This document shows, piece by piece, positions 40,543-51,642 of a stretch of DNA of 64,000 nucleotides (the first letter of the stretch is position 1; each line of letters starts with the position of its first letter). The DNA comes from Desulfatiglandales bacterium (lineage in GTDB: Bacteria; Desulfobacterota; DSM-4660; Desulfatiglandales; HGW-15): assembly GCA_963667015.2 (NCBI GenBank), contig CAXXJJ010000004.1, positions 672,001 to 736,000 of the forward strand, read 5' to 3'. The position numbers and the translations under genes were made by a program. The notes beneath the pieces are model-generated. The model was not told the origin of the DNA and made no database searches. It was given only the letters and a program-made list of their open reading frames with translations.

Positions 40543-41784
40543 TTACGCTTTATTTTTTTTGGCAAAAATAGAAACAAGAACTGTAACAACGACAAGAATA
40601 GCAACCAGCACTAATGCAATAGTCTTAACCTTGTTTCCCAGGACAATAAATGAAAGGTAGGCTCCCAGAGCACTGCCCAGGTTTGTAAGCACCACCACAA
40701 GAAGTATCTTGGTTATCTTGTTGCGCCAGAAACCTTTTATTGATGTAATATCATCCGGTAAGGACTCAAAATCCCTTACCTTGGGTTTGCTGATAAAAAT
40801 CTGAACAACGCCGGCAACCCAGCCAGCCGCAATCATCGGGTTAAGGGAAGTAATTGGAGAAGCAACTGCAGCCGTAATAATGGTCAGTGGATGTGCCAGG
40901 GCAATGGCTGCACCAATTCCGGCGAATACCATATTGGCAACAAACCAGAATTTTATCATTTCCTTGCCTTCTTCTGCTCCTATCATAAAAAATCCTGCAA
41001 CAATAAGAGAGATTATTATCGTGGGAACGCCCCATTTTAATATCGGGCCTATCTTTCCCTTAGGCGGCTTTTTTTCAAGCTCATCCATATCAATGCTTTT
41101 TTCCCATCCAGCTTTTATTCCGGGAACATGGCCGGCACCGACAACTGCAACAATTTTCTGACCGGGGGCATTCCTTATTTTCTCGGTAAGATACTGATCT
41201 CTTTCATCAATGAGTATTTTCTTAAGTTGAGGCTGAGACTCTCCAATTTCGGAAAGCAGTGTTTCGAGCATGTCCTTGTTTTTTAGCTCTTCAACCTCTT
41301 CTTCACTTATTTCATCAGCACCAAAGGAGGAAGCAACAAACTGAGCCATCAATTTAATCTTTTCCCAGAATGTAACTGCGTGCCATGCCCTTGCCAGGGT
41401 TATCCTTATATCCCTGTCAGCCAGGTGGATTTTAGACTCTGACAATTCGGCGGATCTTATGGCCTGGGCCATTTCTTCACCGGGCTTTATCCCGAGCTTT
41501 TTCCCAATCTTCCTCTGTATTGAGGCCAGCATAAACTGAGCAAGCAGGAGAGATGCCTTCTTTTCTTTCAGGACCTTTAGTAAATCCGTATCCTGCCATT
41601 CCTGTTTTTGGGTAAGGGCCTTAAACCTTGATTCACACAGTTCAATACAAACCGTATCAGGTTTTTCTTCGTCAATTATATCACGAACCAGATCCACGCT
41701 CTTCTGCGAGACATGGGCGGTTCCGAGAATTATTATTTCTTTTCCATCATATTCAAGCCGATGGACATCATTATTATCAAGCAT
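40543..41784 (-). CDS. TraB/GumN (pheromone shutdown) family membrane protein
   Basis: GTAHVS..S, PDTVC.ELC..R, KPG.EM, ADR.I.ITL.R, LIDERD, VVGAGH..G, C-terminal TM helices. Confidence 0.9.
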   Translation of the reverse strand: MLDNNDVHRLEYDGKEIIILGTAHVSQKSVDLVRDIIDEEKPDTVCIELCESRFKALTQKQEWQDTDLLKVLKEKKASLLLAQFMLASIQRKIGKKLGIKPGEEMAQAIRSAELSESKIHLADRDIRITLARAWHAVTFWEKIKLMAQFVASSFGADEISEEEVEELKNKDMLETLLSEIGESQPQLKKILIDERDQYLTEKIRNAPGQKIVAVVGAGHVPGIKAGWEKSIDMDELEKKPPKGKIGPILKWGVPTIIISLIVAGFFMIGAEEGKEMIKFWFVANMVFAGIGAAIALAHPLTIITAAVASPITSLNPMIAAGWVAGVVQIFISKPKVRDFESLPDDITSIKGFWRNKITKILLVVVLTNLGSALGAYLSFIVLGNKVKTIALVLVAILVVVTVLVSIFAKKNKA

Positions 41785-41891
41785 TATCAAAGTCCCTGCC
41801 TTATTGGTGATATATTCGAAAAATCAGAGTTTACATTGCAGACCCATATGGGTATGTCAAGAAAAATAAAATATCCGGGGAAATAGACTGG

Positions 41892-41927
41892 AAACAAAAA
41901 CGGGACATTTTACAATGTCCCTGTTTT
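41892..41927 (-). terminator. intrinsic terminator
   Basis: Minus strand GGGACATT-GTAA-AATGTCCC followed by GTTTTTGTTT. Confidence 0.75.
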
Positions 41928-42051
41928 ATATTTTCAATATAATGCCTCCCAAGAAGCCGTTATTTTCCGAGTGCGATTCTCTTCTTTTATAAATTTGAGT
42001 AGCACAGCAGAAAAGATTCACGCGCACCCGAGAAGCATCTATTGAATATGT
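41892..42051 (-). ncRNA. candidate sigma54-dependent structured small RNA (about 160 nt)
   Basis: Consensus sigma54 promoter upstream, three nested helices, intrinsic terminator, no ORF of meaningful length. Confidence 0.55.
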
Positions 42052-42061
42052 TTTTAATTAT

Positions 42062-42077
42062 AGCAATTAACGTGCCA
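42062..42077 (-). promoter_or_regulatory. sigma54 (-24/-12) promoter
   Basis: Minus strand TGGCACG-TTAA-TTGCT matches consensus TGGCACG-N4-TTGCW. Confidence 0.8.
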
Positions 42078-42280
42078 CACCACACTGTATATAATATTAT
42101 CCTGTTTTTTAAATATGTTATCCCATTTTTATCTCAAATCATTCATCCTTGTATCGGCGACAAATTACCGACATTCTGATTATTATCATGACACTTTATC
42201 AGCCATGCCAATTATTACTTGAAATAAATAATCATTATTATATATTTCAACATCTTAAATTCCAATTATGAGGATAAATT

Positions 42281-43036
42281 ATGAAAATTGCAGTCAGTGG
42301 CAAGGGTGGCGTAGGAAAAACAACATTTTCATCTTTTCTGATAAAGGCTCTTGCTGAAAGCGGGAAAAAAGTTCTTGCGATTGACGCTGATCCGGATGCG
42401 AACCTTGCTCAGGCGCTCGGTGTTGAAAAAGATGCGGAAATAATTCCCATATCTGAAATGAAGGAAATCATTGAAGAAAGAACCGAGGCAAAGACCGGTA
42501 CAATGGGGTCATTTTTCAAACTCAACCCCAAGGTTGATGACCTTCCTGAAAAATTATCCATCAAACTGGACAATATCAAGCTTATGGTCCTTGGCGGTGT
42601 AAAAACGGGCGGAAGCGGATGTATCTGCCCTGAGAGCACAATGCTCAAAGCCCTTGTAAGGCATATTGTCCTGGCCAGGGATGAAGCTGTTGTCCTTGAT
42701 ATGGAGGCAGGCCTCGAGCATCTTGGCAGAGGAACCGCAATGGCGGTTGACAGGCTCATTGTGGTGGTTGAACCGGGCAGAAGGAGCGTTGAGACTGCTC
42801 ATCACATACAGCAGCTCGCAGGTGATATAGGTATTAAAAAACTGAGCTTTGTCGGTAACAAGATACGGAGTGAAAAGGATAAGGAATTTTTCTCAAAATA
42901 TATGCCGGATTTTGATTTTTTAGGTTATATACCATTTGCAGGAGAAATTATTGAAGCAGACCTTGAAGGCAGACCTCCGTTTGAAAAGGATCCTGAAGGA
43001 CTGAAGGCTGTTAAAGAAATGCTGAAGAAATTATAA
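42281..43036 (+). CDS. cooC: CooC/AcsF nickel-insertion ATPase
   Basis: GKGGVGKTT, DADPD.NL, GGSGCICPE (CxC), DMEAGLEHLGRG. Confidence 0.92.
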   Translation: MKIAVSGKGGVGKTTFSSFLIKALAESGKKVLAIDADPDANLAQALGVEKDAEIIPISEMKEIIEERTEAKTGTMGSFFKLNPKVDDLPEKLSIKLDNIKLMVLGGVKTGGSGCICPESTMLKALVRHIVLARDEAVVLDMEAGLEHLGRGTAMAVDRLIVVVEPGRRSVETAHHIQQLAGDIGIKKLSFVGNKIRSEKDKEFFSKYMPDFDFLGYIPFAGEIIEADLEGRPPFEKDPEGLKAVKEMLKKL

Positions 43037-43058
43037 AAATTCAGGTAATATGTTGAAT

Positions 43059-43077
43059 GGGCACGGGGGCCGTGCCC
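43059..43077. repeat. REP-like palindrome
   Basis: GGGCACGG-GGG-CCGTGCCC. Confidence 0.6.
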
Positions 43078-43128
43078 CTTTATAGAACCACTATAAGAAA
43101 ATACTACAATCGTATGAAGGAGATATAA

Positions 43129-44214
43129 ATGACAAAGAGAATTTTTAATTTTAACGCGGGACCGTCAGCATTGCCGCTCCCCGTACTTGAAGAAATAAAA
43201 GAAGAATTCCTTGATTTCAAGGGATCAGGGATGTCCATAACAGAAATCAGCCACAGATCGGCAGCCTTTGATGAAGTCATTGATACAGCAATAGCACGGG
43301 TTAAGAGGCTTCTAAATCTTGGCGATGACTATGAAGTGCTTTTCCTCCAGGGCGGAGCGAGCATGCAGTTCTGCATGATCCCCATGAACCTTGGTGTTGC
43401 AGGAAAACCGGTTGACTATATCAACACCGGAACATGGTCAACAAAGGCTATAAAAGAAGCCAAAATTCAGGGACTGGATACAAGGGTCCTGGCCTCTTCA
43501 GAGGATAAAAATTTTTCATATATTCCCTATGATGTAATAGAAGACGGCAGCGCAGCATATCTGCATTTTACATCAAACAATACAATCAAGGGTACACAGT
43601 GGGCAAAATTCCCGGATGCCAATGGCGTCCCTCTTGTATGCGACATGTCGTCTGATTTTATGAGCAGACCTTTTGATGCAAAACCATTCGGAATGATCTA
43701 CGGCGGTGCACAAAAGAATATCGGACCTTCCGGCGCTGCAATGGTAATCATCAGGAAAGATATGCTTGAGAGAACACCCCAAAATATTCCGACGTTCCTC
43801 AAGTATACCACCTTTTCAGAAAAGAACTCTATGTTCAACACGCCTCCCTGTTTTGTAATATATGTAACAGGTCTGGTTCTCAAATGGATAGAGGAAACCA
43901 TAGGCGGGCTTGAAAACATGGATAAAAGGAATACCGAAAAGGCTGACACTCTTTACAACTTTATTGACAGCTCTGATTTTTATAATGGTACGGCAGAAAA
44001 GGACAGCAGGTCCAAGATGAACGTTACCTTCAGGCTGCCAGGTGAAGAACTTGAAAAGAAATTTGTGGCAGAGGCCTTAAAGGCTGATCTGGGCGGACTC
44101 AAGGGCCATCGATCTGTTGGGGGATGCAGGGCATCTATATATAATGCAACCACTATCGAGGCAGTAAAGAGTCTGGTTGAATTCATGTCCGACTTTGAAA
44201 AGAAAGAGGGATAA
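43129..44214 (+). CDS. serC: phosphoserine aminotransferase
   Basis: [49 protein letters not shown]. Confidence 0.96.
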   Translation: MTKRIFNFNAGPSALPLPVLEEIKEEFLDFKGSGMSITEISHRSAAFDEVIDTAIARVKRLLNLGDDYEVLFLQGGASMQFCMIPMNLGVAGKPVDYINTGTWSTKAIKEAKIQGLDTRVLASSEDKNFSYIPYDVIEDGSAAYLHFTSNNTIKGTQWAKFPDANGVPLVCDMSSDFMSRPFDAKPFGMIYGGAQKNIGPSGAAMVIIRKDMLERTPQNIPTFLKYTTFSEKNSMFNTPPCFVIYVTGLVLKWIEETIGGLENMDKRNTEKADTLYNFIDSSDFYNGTAEKDSRSKMNVTFRLPGEELEKKFVAEALKADLGGLKGHRSVGGCRASIYNATTIEAVKSLVEFMSDFEKKEG

Positions 44215-44216
44215 AT

Positions 44217-45608
44217 TTGAAGCGAACAAGGATCGTTCAGGTTCTTTCCTTTGATGAGGGAAAGGACAATATCACGGTAATGGGATGGGTCAGGACCCGA
44301 AGAGATTCCAAGGGCGGATTCTCATTTATTGAAGTCAATGACGGCTCATGCCTAAATAACCTTCAGGTTATTGCTGACTCAGCCCTTCCAAATTACCAGG
44401 ATGAAATACTCAAGATCCAGACAGGCTGTTCCATCAAAATAACAGGATCTGTAGTCCCTTCGCAGGGCAAGGGTCAGAAGGTGGAAATGCAGGCTGAAAG
44501 CATTGAAGTCATGGGCTGGGCTGATCCTGATACATATCCCCTGCAGAAAAAAAGGCACTCCTTTGAATTTTTAAGGACAATTGCCCACCTGAGGCCACGA
44601 ACCAATACCTTTGGAGCAATTGCCAGGGTGCGTAATGCAATGGCCAGGGCAATACACAATTATTTCCAGGAAAGAGGCTTTCTTTATATACACACCCCTA
44701 TCCTTACGGGCAGTGACTGTGAAGGTGCCGGCGACATGTTCAGGGTAACCAGGTTTGAACTGGATAAAATTCCCTACAAGGACGGTAAACCGGATTTTGA
44801 CCAGGATTTTTTCGGTGCGCCCTCTCACCTTACAGTAAGCGGCCAGCTTGAGGCAGAGATATATGCCCTTGCAATGGGAGATGTATATACATTCGGTCCT
44901 ACATTCAGGGCTGAAAATTCCAACACATCACGTCACCTGGCAGAGTTCTGGATGATAGAGCCCGAGATGTCCTTCTGTGATATCGAGGGCAACATCGAGG
45001 TTGCAACAGAGTTTATCAAGTATGTCTTAAAATACGTGCTTGATAACTGTCAGGAGGACATGAACCTCTTTAACAGCTTTATTGACAAGACCATTATTGA
45101 TACGCTCGAAAGAATTGTCACGCAGGATTTTAAGACCCTCTCCTATACAGAGGCCATTGATATCCTGACAGCATCGGGTGAAATATTTGAATTCCCTGTA
45201 AGATGGGGAACTGACCTCCAGGCAGAGCACGAAAGGTATTTGTGTGAAAAGACCTTTAACAGACCGGTTGTGCTGATTGATTATCCAAGAGAGATCAAGG
45301 CCTTTTACATGAAACTCAATGATGACAATAAAACCGTCAGGGCCATGGATGTACTCTTTCCCAAGATTGGTGAGATCATAGGGGGAAGCCAGAGAGAGGA
45401 TGATTATGATGTGCTCCTTTCGAGGATAAAGGAAGGCGGCCTGAACCCTGATGATTACTGGTGGTACCTGGAACTGAGAAAGTTCGGCACAGTCCCCCAT
45501 TCAGGATTTGGACTGGGCTTTGAAAGGCTGATCCAGTTTGTGACAGGCATGGGTAATATAAGAGATGTTATCCCCTTTCCCCGAACTCCCGGAAATATCG
45601 CATTCTAA
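44217..45608 (+). CDS. asnS: asparagine--tRNA ligase
   Basis: [62 protein letters not shown] start. Confidence 0.97.
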   Translation: MKRTRIVQVLSFDEGKDNITVMGWVRTRRDSKGGFSFIEVNDGSCLNNLQVIADSALPNYQDEILKIQTGCSIKITGSVVPSQGKGQKVEMQAESIEVMGWADPDTYPLQKKRHSFEFLRTIAHLRPRTNTFGAIARVRNAMARAIHNYFQERGFLYIHTPILTGSDCEGAGDMFRVTRFELDKIPYKDGKPDFDQDFFGAPSHLTVSGQLEAEIYALAMGDVYTFGPTFRAENSNTSRHLAEFWMIEPEMSFCDIEGNIEVATEFIKYVLKYVLDNCQEDMNLFNSFIDKTIIDTLERIVTQDFKTLSYTEAIDILTASGEIFEFPVRWGTDLQAEHERYLCEKTFNRPVVLIDYPREIKAFYMKLNDDNKTVRAMDVLFPKIGEIIGGSQREDDYDVLLSRIKEGGLNPDDYWWYLELRKFGTVPHSGFGLGFERLIQFVTGMGNIRDVIPFPRTPGNIAF

Positions 45609-45835
45609 AACAGGTTCATAGAGGATAATGGTCACAATGTGATCTTTAAACTTTTCCGGTAGATAGACCTTTCATACTCTTTTACAGAACCTGATAATGA
45701 GGCTTTATCATGTCCGACTCTCAACAGCATGACATCCAATTTCCCTTCTGTTTTCGTTTTTAACGTGTATTAAAATTGCCATGTGTTATGCATACTTATG
45801 AATCAAGGTAAATTATTTTATAAAATCTCCCGGAG

Positions 45836-47779
45836 TTGAAGATGACTGGAAAATTAACCCATGAAGAAAACAGCATGAATGAGAATCGCCCCTGGTATAA
45901 ACCTGTTCTTGATACAATCAGTGAAGGTGTTATTTTACAGACTGAATCAGGTGAAATATTAGCCATGAATAAGGGAGCAGAAAAAATACTGGGGATTTCC
46001 GAGGCAGAAGCTGTAGGACAGAACCGTGGATACAAGGATCTTCTTTTTATACACGAAGACGGCACAAGCTATGAAATTAAAGATTACCCATCCATAAAGA
46101 CCCTGCGTACGGGTAAATCTTTTAGGAATGAGATAATGGGGATATACAGATCTCCTGACGATCTGCGGTGGGTTTCAGTCAATACAAATCCATTGTTTAA
46201 AACAGATAATGTGAAGCCATATGCCGTGGTAATCTCATTTTCCGATGTAACAGATTTAAAAGTAGAAAAAGATACATCCCAAAATTACCTTGATATAGCC
46301 GGTGTAATTATTGTAGCCATGAACAGTGAGGGAGAAATCATACTTATCAACAGAAAAGGATGCGAACTGCTTGGAGCCAGGGAAACCGATTTACTGGGCA
46401 AAAACTGGTTTGACCTGTTTACCCCAAAGGATGTACTTGCGGATGTAAAACAATATTATAAGGACATTATTGCCTCCCGAATTAAGTGGGATAGCTATAG
46501 AGAGTATAAGATATTTACCCTTTCGGGTGCTGAAAAAACAATCGCCTGGAACCATACATGCCTCATGGGCAAAGAAGGTAACATTATCGGCACACTCAGT
46601 TCCGGAGAAGATATCACAGAAAAAAAGAGAGCAGAGGAAGAACTGGAAAGGCGAATAGAATTTGAGAGGTTGATCGGCAAAATATCTTCCGATCTGCTCA
46701 AGTTAAGATTGAAGGATCTGGACAAAGGTATCGAACAGGGACTGGCACTAATAGGGTCTTTTTCAGGTGTTGACCGTGCTTATGTTTTTTTATTCCATAA
46801 AGATGAACTTGCTGATAATACGCACGAGTGGTGTGCTGAAGGGATTGAACCTCAGATTGATAACCTGAAGGGAATTTCAATAAAAGAAGATCTCCCATGG
46901 TTTAATAAATGTATCCACATGCATGATGTCTTTAAAATAGAGGATGTTTCGGCTATGCCAGGGGATGCTGCGGCAGAACGAGAACACTTTGAACTGCAGG
47001 GAATCCAGTCTATAATAGTTGTACCAATGGTTGTTGAAGATCGTTTAATCGGTTTTATCGGATTTGACGCGGTTACCAAAAAAAAGAAATGGTCAAATAA
47101 TGAACAGGCCGTACTTCATCTGATCGGAGAGGTTTTCACAAACGCAATTGATCGAAAATGGGCGGAGGAAGAACTGCAGGAAAGTGAAAACCGATGGCAG
47201 TTTGCACTGGAGGGTGCAGGAGATGGTGTCTGGGACTGGAATGCCGTGACAAACAGGGTGTTTTTTTCCAGAAGATGGAAAGAGATGCTTGGGTTCTCGG
47301 AAAACGAAATCGGTGATGCATTCGATGAATGGGATTCGCGTGTTCACCCCGATGACAGGACCTCAGTGTATGCTGATTTAAATGCCCATTTTAATGGGGA
47401 AAGTGATATCTATCAAAATGAATATCGTGTGCGGTGTAAAGACGGCTGCTATAAGTGGATTTTAGACCGAGGCAAGGTTATTGAATGGACAGATGATGGA
47501 AAACCTCTTCGTGTTATAGGAACTCACAGCGATATTTCTGATCGTAAAAAGTGGGATATGGAGCGTGAAAAACTGATAGGCGAACTGAAGGATGCTCTGG
47601 ATCAGGTTAAAACCCTGAGCGGTCTGCTGCCTATCTGTGCAAACTGCAAAAAGATACGCGATGACAAGGGTTACTGGAACCAGATCGAGACATATTTATA
47701 TGAACATTCTCAGGCCGAGTTCAGTCACAGTATCTGCCCTGAATGTGCAAAAAAATTATATCCGGATCTGGACATATAG
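45836..47779 (+). CDS. PAS-PAS-GAF-PAS sensor with C-terminal Cys/His domain, no kinase or cyclase domain
   Basis: PAS/PAC motifs; NTHEWCAEG GAF; C-terminal GLLPICANCKKIRDDKGYW...SHSICPEC; start may be later (45875). Confidence 0.85.
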   Translation: MKMTGKLTHEENSMNENRPWYKPVLDTISEGVILQTESGEILAMNKGAEKILGISEAEAVGQNRGYKDLLFIHEDGTSYEIKDYPSIKTLRTGKSFRNEIMGIYRSPDDLRWVSVNTNPLFKTDNVKPYAVVISFSDVTDLKVEKDTSQNYLDIAGVIIVAMNSEGEIILINRKGCELLGARETDLLGKNWFDLFTPKDVLADVKQYYKDIIASRIKWDSYREYKIFTLSGAEKTIAWNHTCLMGKEGNIIGTLSSGEDITEKKRAEEELERRIEFERLIGKISSDLLKLRLKDLDKGIEQGLALIGSFSGVDRAYVFLFHKDELADNTHEWCAEGIEPQIDNLKGISIKEDLPWFNKCIHMHDVFKIEDVSAMPGDAAAEREHFELQGIQSIIVVPMVVEDRLIGFIGFDAVTKKKKWSNNEQAVLHLIGEVFTNAIDRKWAEEELQESENRWQFALEGAGDGVWDWNAVTNRVFFSRRWKEMLGFSENEIGDAFDEWDSRVHPDDRTSVYADLNAHFNGESDIYQNEYRVRCKDGCYKWILDRGKVIEWTDDGKPLRVIGTHSDISDRKKWDMEREKLIGELKDALDQVKTLSGLLPICANCKKIRDDKGYWNQIETYLYEHSQAEFSHSICPECAKKLYPDLDI

Positions 47780-47843
47780 ATACAGGACCTGAAGAGAAAA
47801 TTGACACCCCCTTAATAATATATTTAAAAGGCCGGCAGTAGCG

Positions 47844-48557
47844 ATGGGATTGATAATTTTCCTGATTATCATCTGTTCATTAACCTATTCTTTTGAGATT
47901 ATTTTCGGGCTGGCCGGCACAATCATCATGATGCCGATCCTTGGGTTTGCATTTGAAAGCAAGACTCTTGTTATCTATTCGCTCCTGCCACAGATGCTGG
48001 TTACAACGATAGCGTTAAGCAAATCATATCGCAAGATCAATATAAAAGAATGGGCTATGATGATGGTGTCAGCGACAATAGGCGCAATACTTGGAAGCTA
48101 TTTATTTGGCTCTATACCCAATGATATCTTTAAAAGAATGCTGGCAGCAATTATCGTTCTAAGCGGTATATACATGGTGATATCTCCCGGTTTTAAAGCC
48201 GGCATAAAGACACGGAGGGTAATGGATTTATGTGCAGGTCTCTCCCATTCACTCTTTGGCATCAGCGGACCTATTGTCATGACCAGACTGCTCGGGACAT
48301 TTGAGGATAAGACGGTAATAAGAAACGGCGCCCTGCTCTTTTTTTTCAGCCTTAACATCATTCGTGCAATCAATTACCAGATAAATAATTTAATCACACC
48401 GGAGATCTGGAAAATGTTCGCTGTTTCGGCCCCTTTTCTTTTTGCGGTCCTGTTCTTTGCCGAAAAGCTGCATTTTAAAATCAGTGATCAAAAATTCAAA
48501 AAAGTTGTTTCATGGGTAATCCTGTTAAGCGGAGCAATTTATTTCTTTTACAGATAA
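47844..48557 (+). CDS. TauE/SafE (TSUP) family membrane transporter
   Basis: 237 aa polytopic; FG.AG....P, G.SGP motifs. Confidence 0.75.
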   Translation: MGLIIFLIIICSLTYSFEIIFGLAGTIIMMPILGFAFESKTLVIYSLLPQMLVTTIALSKSYRKINIKEWAMMMVSATIGAILGSYLFGSIPNDIFKRMLAAIIVLSGIYMVISPGFKAGIKTRRVMDLCAGLSHSLFGISGPIVMTRLLGTFEDKTVIRNGALLFFFSLNIIRAINYQINNLITPEIWKMFAVSAPFLFAVLFFAEKLHFKISDQKFKKVVSWVILLSGAIYFFYR

Positions 48558-48783
48558 AAGGAAAGCAGCCTTCTACATTGGATTGTCGCTTTTGTTTATA
48601 TCCTGTGTAGAAGGGGATACCTTCTTCCTTTAAGTTGATAAAAATTCCGGTTTTCACGTTGTTTTTATGCTGTTCATCCTTTGCCTTTCTTACCCAAAAA
48701 GAGTAATATAGCCCGAAAACTGTATAAGAATATATACAACATTAATCTGACCTGATCCCTTTATACCAGAGGAGGAATTTTGA

Positions 48784-51162
48784 ATGGCTGATTTAGCAGG
48801 AGTAAACGGACAAAGAGAAAATTTCAGGGTTGTAGGAAAACCTAACCTTCCGGGCAGGCTGTCATACGCCTTGGCAACAGGTATAGCAAAATACGGGGCT
48901 GATTATACTGCTCCGGACATGCTCCATGCAAAATTTTTAAGAAGCCCCTACGCAAACGCCAGAATAATAAGTATTGATACGGGAAAGGCAAAAAAGATAC
49001 CTGGAGTAATTGATATCCTTACCTGGGAAGATGAGGATATAAAAAACCTGATGGAAACCGGCGAGATGATGTCGGGGCCGCTCAAACCGATTATTGTCGA
49101 CTCAGCCGACCAGGAAGGTGCAGAGATCGGGGCAATTGTTGTGGCCGAGTCCGAAGACATATGTGATGAGGCATTGAGAAATCTCGACATAGAATGGGAA
49201 CAGCTTCCGCACGTTGTGGATATCCTTGAAGGAAGAAAACCCGGTTCCCCGGTTATTCGCCCCCCTGCCCCCAGCTCCAAGAGCCCTTCCGGAGGATTCG
49301 GAATGAGAGGAGGAAATAACCCTCCTAAAAAAGGCAACGTTTCCTATTCAAATATAAATGCCGGAGATGTTGAAGCAGGTTTCCGGGATGCGGATCATAT
49401 TATAGAATATGATGTAAACATACCTTCCTTTTCCGGACATATTCCAAACCCCATAGGCTCCATTGCCTGGTGGTTTCAGAACACCTACCACGGTGAGGGA
49501 CTGAACCTGCAGATCGAAGGTGTAAGCACCCCCAATGATCCAGGCACAATATCAAACATGTATAATGTGCCTTCCGACAAGGTCTTTCAGGATTGCATGC
49601 TGGTTGGCGGAAGGTACTGCGACTGGGGACTTCGCAAATCACAGCTCATAACCCCGCTGCTCGCAAAGAGGACGGGAAGACCGGTCCGGTGTGTCAACAG
49701 CCGCTATGACCAGTATGACTTCAACCTGAATCAGCGTTTCATGCACATGAAGGTCGGATTTAAAAAGAACGGCCTGATCACGGCAATTGACGATTTTTCA
49801 ATAGCGGATTCAGGCGTAGAAGGCAGTTCTATTTTCGGCACTACAATGGACCAGAACTATGGCCCGTATTTTACCACCAGGTGCCAGAATGTTAAACAGA
49901 ATATGGATGTTGTGGACAGTAACAGGGGAAAGATGTATGTGAGCGGTCAGCATAATCCAATGAACTGGGATTCCATAACCCTGGCAATACATCTTATAGC
50001 CGATAAACTTGGTAAAGACCCCATAGACATTGCCAGGCTGAATTTACATGGTCCCGAATCACAGACTGACCCCAACCCTGTGCCCAGTTTTGAGGCATGC
50101 GTAAAGGCTGCCAAAAAGATGATGAACTGGAAATGGCATAATACGGGAGAAAAGAAGCTTAAAGACGGCAGGATGCACGGAGCAAGCTTCAGATACCAGC
50201 AGTGTCCGCGACATTCGGGCATGGTCTTTAACTGCAAACTGGAGCTGAGAAACGGGGTTGTACATCTTGATTCCAAGGGTCCGGTTGTAGGCAACTATAT
50301 CATGGAGGCAAATATGATGGTTGTGGCCGAAGAGCTCGGCCTGAACTACGAGGATATCAAAGGCAAACTGGATCACCATGAGACATATAAACCATGGGGC
50401 GGAGGCAGTGACGGAACAACTGCTTCCGGATGGGCACTGAAGGAATGCGCAAATATATTGAAAAAACAGATCCTTGAAAAGGCCGTTGAGGAGGCAGATA
50501 CCCCTGCCCCCCAAGGCGGGATCAGCATAGGCGGGGCAAAAAAGCCTGTCCCCAGTCCCTTTAAGGGAATGAATCCCGAAGACCTCGACCTGATGGACGG
50601 AAAGGTAGTGGTCAAAAATAATCCGGCAACAGGCCTCCCGCTGGCACAGGCTGTTAAGGCAAATCTTTTTGCAACCTATTCGGGCAGACCGCCACTTTCT
50701 CTATGGAATCAGAGAGGTAAAATGCTGGATACCATGAACGTTGCAATGTGCGAGGTTGCAGTAGACACAGAAACCGGCGAAGTTGAAATACTCCGGTTTG
50801 GCGTGGTTGCAGATCCGGGCAAAATCATGCGCCGCACATCCCTAGAAAGCCAGATACACCAGGTAATGTATTTCAGCGAAGGCTGCCAGTTATATGAGGA
50901 TTATTTCTATGACAATAAAACCGGTGTCAAACTCAGCACTAACATGTTCGAGTATAAAAAACCCACCATCATGGATCACGCACCTGTCCACCTGGAGCTG
51001 CTGGAAACCAGGGTGGGAAACGCGGCATATGGCTCAAACGGCATCAGCCATTCCCTGGCAAACACCCACCTTGTCATTGCTGCAATCTATAACGCCACAG
51101 GTAAATGGGTTGATCCGCCAGCTACACCGGACAAGGTTCTGGAGGCACTGGGTAAAGTATAG
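48784..51162 (+). CDS. xanthine dehydrogenase family molybdopterin-binding subunit (atypical)
   Basis: G.AKY..D, LRSPYA.ARI.SIDT, LAKRTGRPV, A..LG.DP, VAEELG, EV.VD.ETGEV, P.TP.KV. Confidence 0.88.
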   Translation: MADLAGVNGQRENFRVVGKPNLPGRLSYALATGIAKYGADYTAPDMLHAKFLRSPYANARIISIDTGKAKKIPGVIDILTWEDEDIKNLMETGEMMSGPLKPIIVDSADQEGAEIGAIVVAESEDICDEALRNLDIEWEQLPHVVDILEGRKPGSPVIRPPAPSSKSPSGGFGMRGGNNPPKKGNVSYSNINAGDVEAGFRDADHIIEYDVNIPSFSGHIPNPIGSIAWWFQNTYHGEGLNLQIEGVSTPNDPGTISNMYNVPSDKVFQDCMLVGGRYCDWGLRKSQLITPLLAKRTGRPVRCVNSRYDQYDFNLNQRFMHMKVGFKKNGLITAIDDFSIADSGVEGSSIFGTTMDQNYGPYFTTRCQNVKQNMDVVDSNRGKMYVSGQHNPMNWDSITLAIHLIADKLGKDPIDIARLNLHGPESQTDPNPVPSFEACVKAAKKMMNWKWHNTGEKKLKDGRMHGASFRYQQCPRHSGMVFNCKLELRNGVVHLDSKGPVVGNYIMEANMMVVAEELGLNYEDIKGKLDHHETYKPWGGGSDGTTASGWALKECANILKKQILEKAVEEADTPAPQGGISIGGAKKPVPSPFKGMNPEDLDLMDGKVVVKNNPATGLPLAQAVKANLFATYSGRPPLSLWNQRGKMLDTMNVAMCEVAVDTETGEVEILRFGVVADPGKIMRRTSLESQIHQVMYFSEGCQLYEDYFYDNKTGVKLSTNMFEYKKPTIMDHAPVHLELLETRVGNAAYGSNGISHSLANTHLVIAAIYNATGKWVDPPATPDKVLEALGKV

Positions 51163-51182
51163 AAAAAAGGAGATCTGGAAAG

Positions 51183-51593
51183 ATGGATGAATCTAAATAT
51201 GGTAAATATATAGTCAGGGGAGTAGCCAGTAAAGAATCCATGCCTGGAGTTATGCCTTCTGCCTTTGGAGAACCTCGTGACTGGGCAGGCATAAAGCATC
51301 GCATGAAATGGGATTATATTTCTAAACCGATACAAATTGAAGAGCCACACTCCCATGACTTTGAGGAATTTCTTTGCTTTATGGGAACAAACCCAAATAA
51401 CAAGGAAGACTTTGGTGCCGAAATAGAGGTATTCATGGGTAAAGAGGGAGAAAAACAGGTTATCGATACGCCTGCTGTGGTTGTAATCCCAAAAGGAATG
51501 GCGCATAGTCCTATCAACTTTAAAAAGGTCGAAAAACCGATAATTTATTGCAGCATCTATATGTCACAGGAATACGTTAAGAAACCGGCATAA
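51183..51593 (+). CDS. cupin-like protein
   Basis: PHSHDFEEFLCF.G, GAE.E...G, V.IPKGM.H.P. Confidence 0.75.
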   Translation: MDESKYGKYIVRGVASKESMPGVMPSAFGEPRDWAGIKHRMKWDYISKPIQIEEPHSHDFEEFLCFMGTNPNNKEDFGAEIEVFMGKEGEKQVIDTPAVVVIPKGMAHSPINFKKVEKPIIYCSIYMSQEYVKKPA

Positions 51594-51642
51594 TGGCATT
51601 TTTACGCCTGTTACCTGTCATTAAATGATGAAGGAGAACACA

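Noticed and set aside
42221..42239. Fur-box-like GAAATAAATAATCATTATT upstream of cooC
   Set aside because: 14/19 match in very AT-rich DNA; not distinguishable from background
45775..45792. sigma54-like TTGCCATGTGTTATGCAT upstream of the PAS gene
   Set aside because: Lacks the invariant GG at -24
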